In this document: positions 47,836 through 50,670 of the stretch, piece after piece
How positions within the stretch are numbered: position 1 is the first letter of the stretch
How the letters are laid out: every line of letters begins with the position of its first letter
From: Candidatus Subterrananammoxibius californiae
Lineage (GTDB): Bacteria > Planctomycetota > Brocadiia > Brocadiales > Subterrananammoxibiaceae
Direction: 5' to 3'
Length of the DNA: 50,670 nt
Assembly (NCBI GenBank): GCA_030586555.1
Contig: JAURAC010000013.1
Location: 1 to 50,670 of the forward strand
The notes under the pieces: generated by a model
Seen by the model: the letters and a program-made list of their open reading frames with translations, nothing else
Database searches by the model: none
What the model was told of the DNA's origin: nothing
Made by a program: the position numbers and the translations under genes

Positions 47836-49563
47836 TTAATATTTCCGTTCCTCTGGTTTAAATGGACCTAGGGAGACGTCGCAATGTTCTATTCTTACAC
47901 CCTCTTTAGAATAAAAAGCGAGGGTGTGTTTAAACCATTCTTTGTCGTCTCTTTTAGGAAAATCAGTCCTAAAGTGGGAGCCCCTGCTTTCCTTTCTTGC
48001 AAGAGCTCCAACCACAATTGCTATAGCCACATCAAGGCTTCCTGATAGTTCAATAGCCCACATCAAATCATAGTTAAAACCCTTTCCCGTAAAGTCCAGT
48101 TTTATCTTTTTATATCTTTCCTGCAGATTATTGACCTTATCCAATGCTTCTTTAAGACCAGAAGCCTCTCTGAATATCCCTACCTTATCCGCCATTACTT
48201 TATTAAGTTCATCCTTTATTTCTGACGGTCTTTCTTTACCATCGGGGTTAAAGATATTTTTAATATCTTCTTCTTTTTGTTTTAAAGCAAGCTGTAAGGG
48301 CGTATCGCTATGCGCCACTGCCTTTTTCCCTCGTATATAGACGGCTGCATTCTCACCTGCCACGGCGCCAAAAACAACCGTTTCGAGTAAAGAATTCCCC
48401 CCAAGCCTGTTAGCGCCGTGAACGCTCACGCAAGAAGCCTCTCCAGCGGCATAGAAGCCTTTTACCTTAGTTTCGCAATCCTTATTACAGTCAATCCCTC
48501 CCATTGTGTAGTGCTGACCGGGCTGGATGGGTATGGGGTCTGTTATCGGGTCAAGACCAAGAAAGCTCATACAAATATCCCTTATTCCAGGCAAACGAGA
48601 TGTGATTTTCTCTGCACCTAAATGCCTGAGGTCAAGAAGCACGTATTTATTGTCAAATCCACCACCCGCCATAATTTCTTTAAGTATATTGCGGGAGATA
48701 ATATCCCTCGGCGCAACCTCCATATCCTTTTTTGAGTCGGGATACTTTGCGAGGAATCGCTCGCCCTTGTTATTTATTAGATACCCCCCCTCTCCCCTGC
48801 ACCCCTCGGTCATAAGGATATTTGACCCTACAAGGGTTGTTGGATGGAATTGAACAAATTCCATATCCTTTAGTGGTATCCCTGCCCAGTACGGCACAGC
48901 CATGCCCATTCCAGTATTAATAAGTGCATTAGTGCTATTCCCATAAATCCGCCCTGAACCGCCTGTGGCAAAGATGACAACTTCTGACTGGAATGCCTCT
49001 AATTTTCCCGTTGCAAGTTCAAGGGCTATAACACCTCTGCATTCTCCATCTTCAATAACCAATGCCGTTACGAGCCACTCGTTATATAACACGAGTTCTT
49101 TTCTTTCTGCAGCCTGACGAAATCTGACAATTTGCCCGTATAAGGTATGAAGAAGCATCATTCCAGTCTTATCGGCTGCATAGCATGTTCGTGGGAACCC
49201 TGCACCTCCAAAGGGTCTTTGAGCAATCTTTCCATCAATTGTGCGGCTGAAGGGACAGCCCCAGTGCTCAAGCTCTATTATTCGGCGCGGTCCCTCCTTT
49301 ACCATGCGGACGACGGCATCCTGGTCTGCCAGATAATCACTGCCCTTAACGGTATCAAAGGCATGCCTTTCCCAACTGTCGTCGTAACCGCGAGGATGAT
49401 TTCCCAGAGCGGCATTTATCCCACCCTGAGCCGCAACGGAATGCGACCTGACAGGATGAACCTTTGAGATTACAGCCACCTTAATATTGTGCCTGTTAAG
49501 CTCTACGGCAGCCCTCAGCCCCGCCAGTCCCCCGCCAACTACAATTGCTTCGTGATATATCAT
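47836..49563 (-). CDS. sdhA: Succinate dehydrogenase/fumarate reductase flavoprotein subunit
   Basis: GGGLAG, RSHSVAAQGG (covalent FAD His), QFHPT, HYTMGG, HGANRLGGNSL, RKESRGSH. Confidence 0.96.
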   Translation of the reverse strand: MIYHEAIVVGGGLAGLRAAVELNRHNIKVAVISKVHPVRSHSVAAQGGINAALGNHPRGYDDSWERHAFDTVKGSDYLADQDAVVRMVKEGPRRIIELEHWGCPFSRTIDGKIAQRPFGGAGFPRTCYAADKTGMMLLHTLYGQIVRFRQAAERKELVLYNEWLVTALVIEDGECRGVIALELATGKLEAFQSEVVIFATGGSGRIYGNSTNALINTGMGMAVPYWAGIPLKDMEFVQFHPTTLVGSNILMTEGCRGEGGYLINNKGERFLAKYPDSKKDMEVAPRDIISRNILKEIMAGGGFDNKYVLLDLRHLGAEKITSRLPGIRDICMSFLGLDPITDPIPIQPGQHYTMGGIDCNKDCETKVKGFYAAGEASCVSVHGANRLGGNSLLETVVFGAVAGENAAVYIRGKKAVAHSDTPLQLALKQKEEDIKNIFNPDGKERPSEIKDELNKVMADKVGIFREASGLKEALDKVNNLQERYKKIKLDFTGKGFNYDLMWAIELSGSLDVAIAIVVGALARKESRGSHFRTDFPKRDDKEWFKHTLAFYSKEGVRIEHCDVSLGPFKPEERKY

Positions 49564-49595
49564 GAAAGAGTTCCAGAGTTCAAGAGTTTAAGGGT

Positions 49596-49982
49596 TCAAA
49601 ATAGCCTGAAAAAGACTATTATACTCGGTAAGACAATCAGTATGCTTATTGCGACAGAATACCATAGCATCCTCGTTTGAACCTCTGTTAAGGCAAGGAA
49701 GTCTGCTATCGTGATTCGGATGCCATTTATCAAATGTACAATGACCGCCAAGAGAAGGGCATATTCAAAAGTATGTCCAATTGGGTTGTCGAATTTATGT
49801 AAGGCGTGTTGAAGCGCCTGAGGTCCTTTAAGGATTGCGCTGAGGGTATAGATGTGCAAGAATAGAAAGATTACAATGGCAATGCCTGTTACCCTGTGGA
49901 TGATAAAGGCTAACATGCCTGTGTTAAAGTTTAAAAAGATATCCTTAAAAATGCCTGTTATCTTGTTCATACCAATAGCCAA
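49596..49982 (-). CDS. sdhC: Succinate dehydrogenase cytochrome b subunit
   Basis: HRVTG, FLHI, HLINGIR; three TM segments. Confidence 0.8.
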   Translation of the reverse strand: MAIGMNKITGIFKDIFLNFNTGMLAFIIHRVTGIAIVIFLFLHIYTLSAILKGPQALQHALHKFDNPIGHTFEYALLLAVIVHLINGIRITIADFLALTEVQTRMLWYSVAISILIVLPSIIVFFRLF

Positions 49983-50001
49983 TTCCCCTATTCCCTGTTC
50001 C

Positions 50002-50352
50002 CTATCGTTGGCTTGCCCAGAATAATACTACAGCGCCCGCGCTAAAGGTGAAGATACCTATACTGTACAAAAGTACGTAAATAGCCTTTTTAAATCCCTT
50101 GCCCGGATTGAAATCAATAAATATCGCCCATACACCATTAAGTCCGTGATATACTAACGCAGCCAGAAAGCACAGGTAGAAAACTATCCAATTGGTAGAG
50201 GTTAAACGGCTAATTATGTCTCCTATATCCTGTGAGCCTTTACTTACTAAATAGTGAAGTACACAGAAGTGAGTAACAAGTCCGCCAGCAAGGAATATTG
50301 CCGTTATTCTTTGTAAGAACCACGAGTAGAATGGTCCCTTTTCCGCATGCAT
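50002..50352 (-). CDS. sdhD: Succinate dehydrogenase hydrophobic anchor subunit
   Basis: WFLQRITA, H, YHGLNG...D; three TM segments. Confidence 0.75.
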   Translation of the reverse strand: MHAEKGPFYSWFLQRITAIFLAGGLVTHFCVLHYLVSKGSQDIGDIISRLTSTNWIVFYLCFLAALVYHGLNGVWAIFIDFNPGKGFKKAIYVLLYSIGIFTFSAGAVVLFWASQR

Positions 50353-50353
50353 A

Positions 50354-50670
50354 CTAAATCTCCATCTTATCCACGATGCAGCATAACTCTTTAACTGCTT
50401 CGGCAGATTTTCTCAATGCGCTTACTTCATCTGCATTTAGCTTGAACTCTACGATTTCTTCTACGCCATTTGCGCCGAGTTTCGCAGGTACACCTATAAA
50501 TGTATTTTTGATACCATATTGACCCTGACAAAGGACCGTACAGGATAAAATCTTTTTTTTGTCGAGGAGGATTGCTTCTGCCATTTCACTGGCTGCGGCT
50601 GCAGGGGCATAAAAAGCGCTTCCAGTCTTCAACAACCCTACAATCTCTGCGCCCCCATCCTTTGTCCTCT
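50354..50670 (-). CDS. mdh: Malate dehydrogenase, LDH-like (5' truncated by window edge)
   Basis: [27 protein letters not shown]....IGVP..LG.NGVE. Confidence 0.9.
   Translation of the reverse strand, partial: RTKDGGAEIVGLLKTGSAFYAPAAAASEMAEAILLDKKKILSCTVLCQGQYGIKNTFIGVPAKLGANGVEEIVEFKLNADEVSALRKSAEAVKELCCIVDKMEI

Overview
Bacterial chromosomal segment. The gene set resembles Planctomycetota/Ca. Brocadiia, but that is an unverified inference. Housekeeping content: rpsB-tsf-pyrH-frr, tRNA-Lys and tRNA-Glu, prfB with its programmed frameshift, glyA, gpsA, ispF, mdh-sdhDCAB, korD-korA, an acyl-CoA dehydrogenase, a formimidoyltransferase and an MTA/MTI salvage pair. Accessory content: a small heavy-metal cluster, a TolC/MacA/MacB-type exporter, a secreted zinc metalloprotease with CARDB-like domains and two tandem Cys-rich secreted paralogs. 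Two patterns stand out. (1) Several families of short palindromic (REP-like) and 7/8-mer repeats are spread densely through the window. They nest inside each other, sit in frame inside at least a dozen proteins, sometimes appear to replace protein segments, and often supply stop codons. (2) Toxin-antitoxin-type modules occur as repeat-bounded cassettes, including a three-unit array at 12.8-15.5 kb with a shared junction sequence, and most toxin halves are inactivated. A RAYT-like HUH transposase bounded by a perfect 19-bp inverted repeat lies at 41.0-41.8 kb and is a candidate mobiliser. All family calls come from motif recognition by eye; no searches were run.
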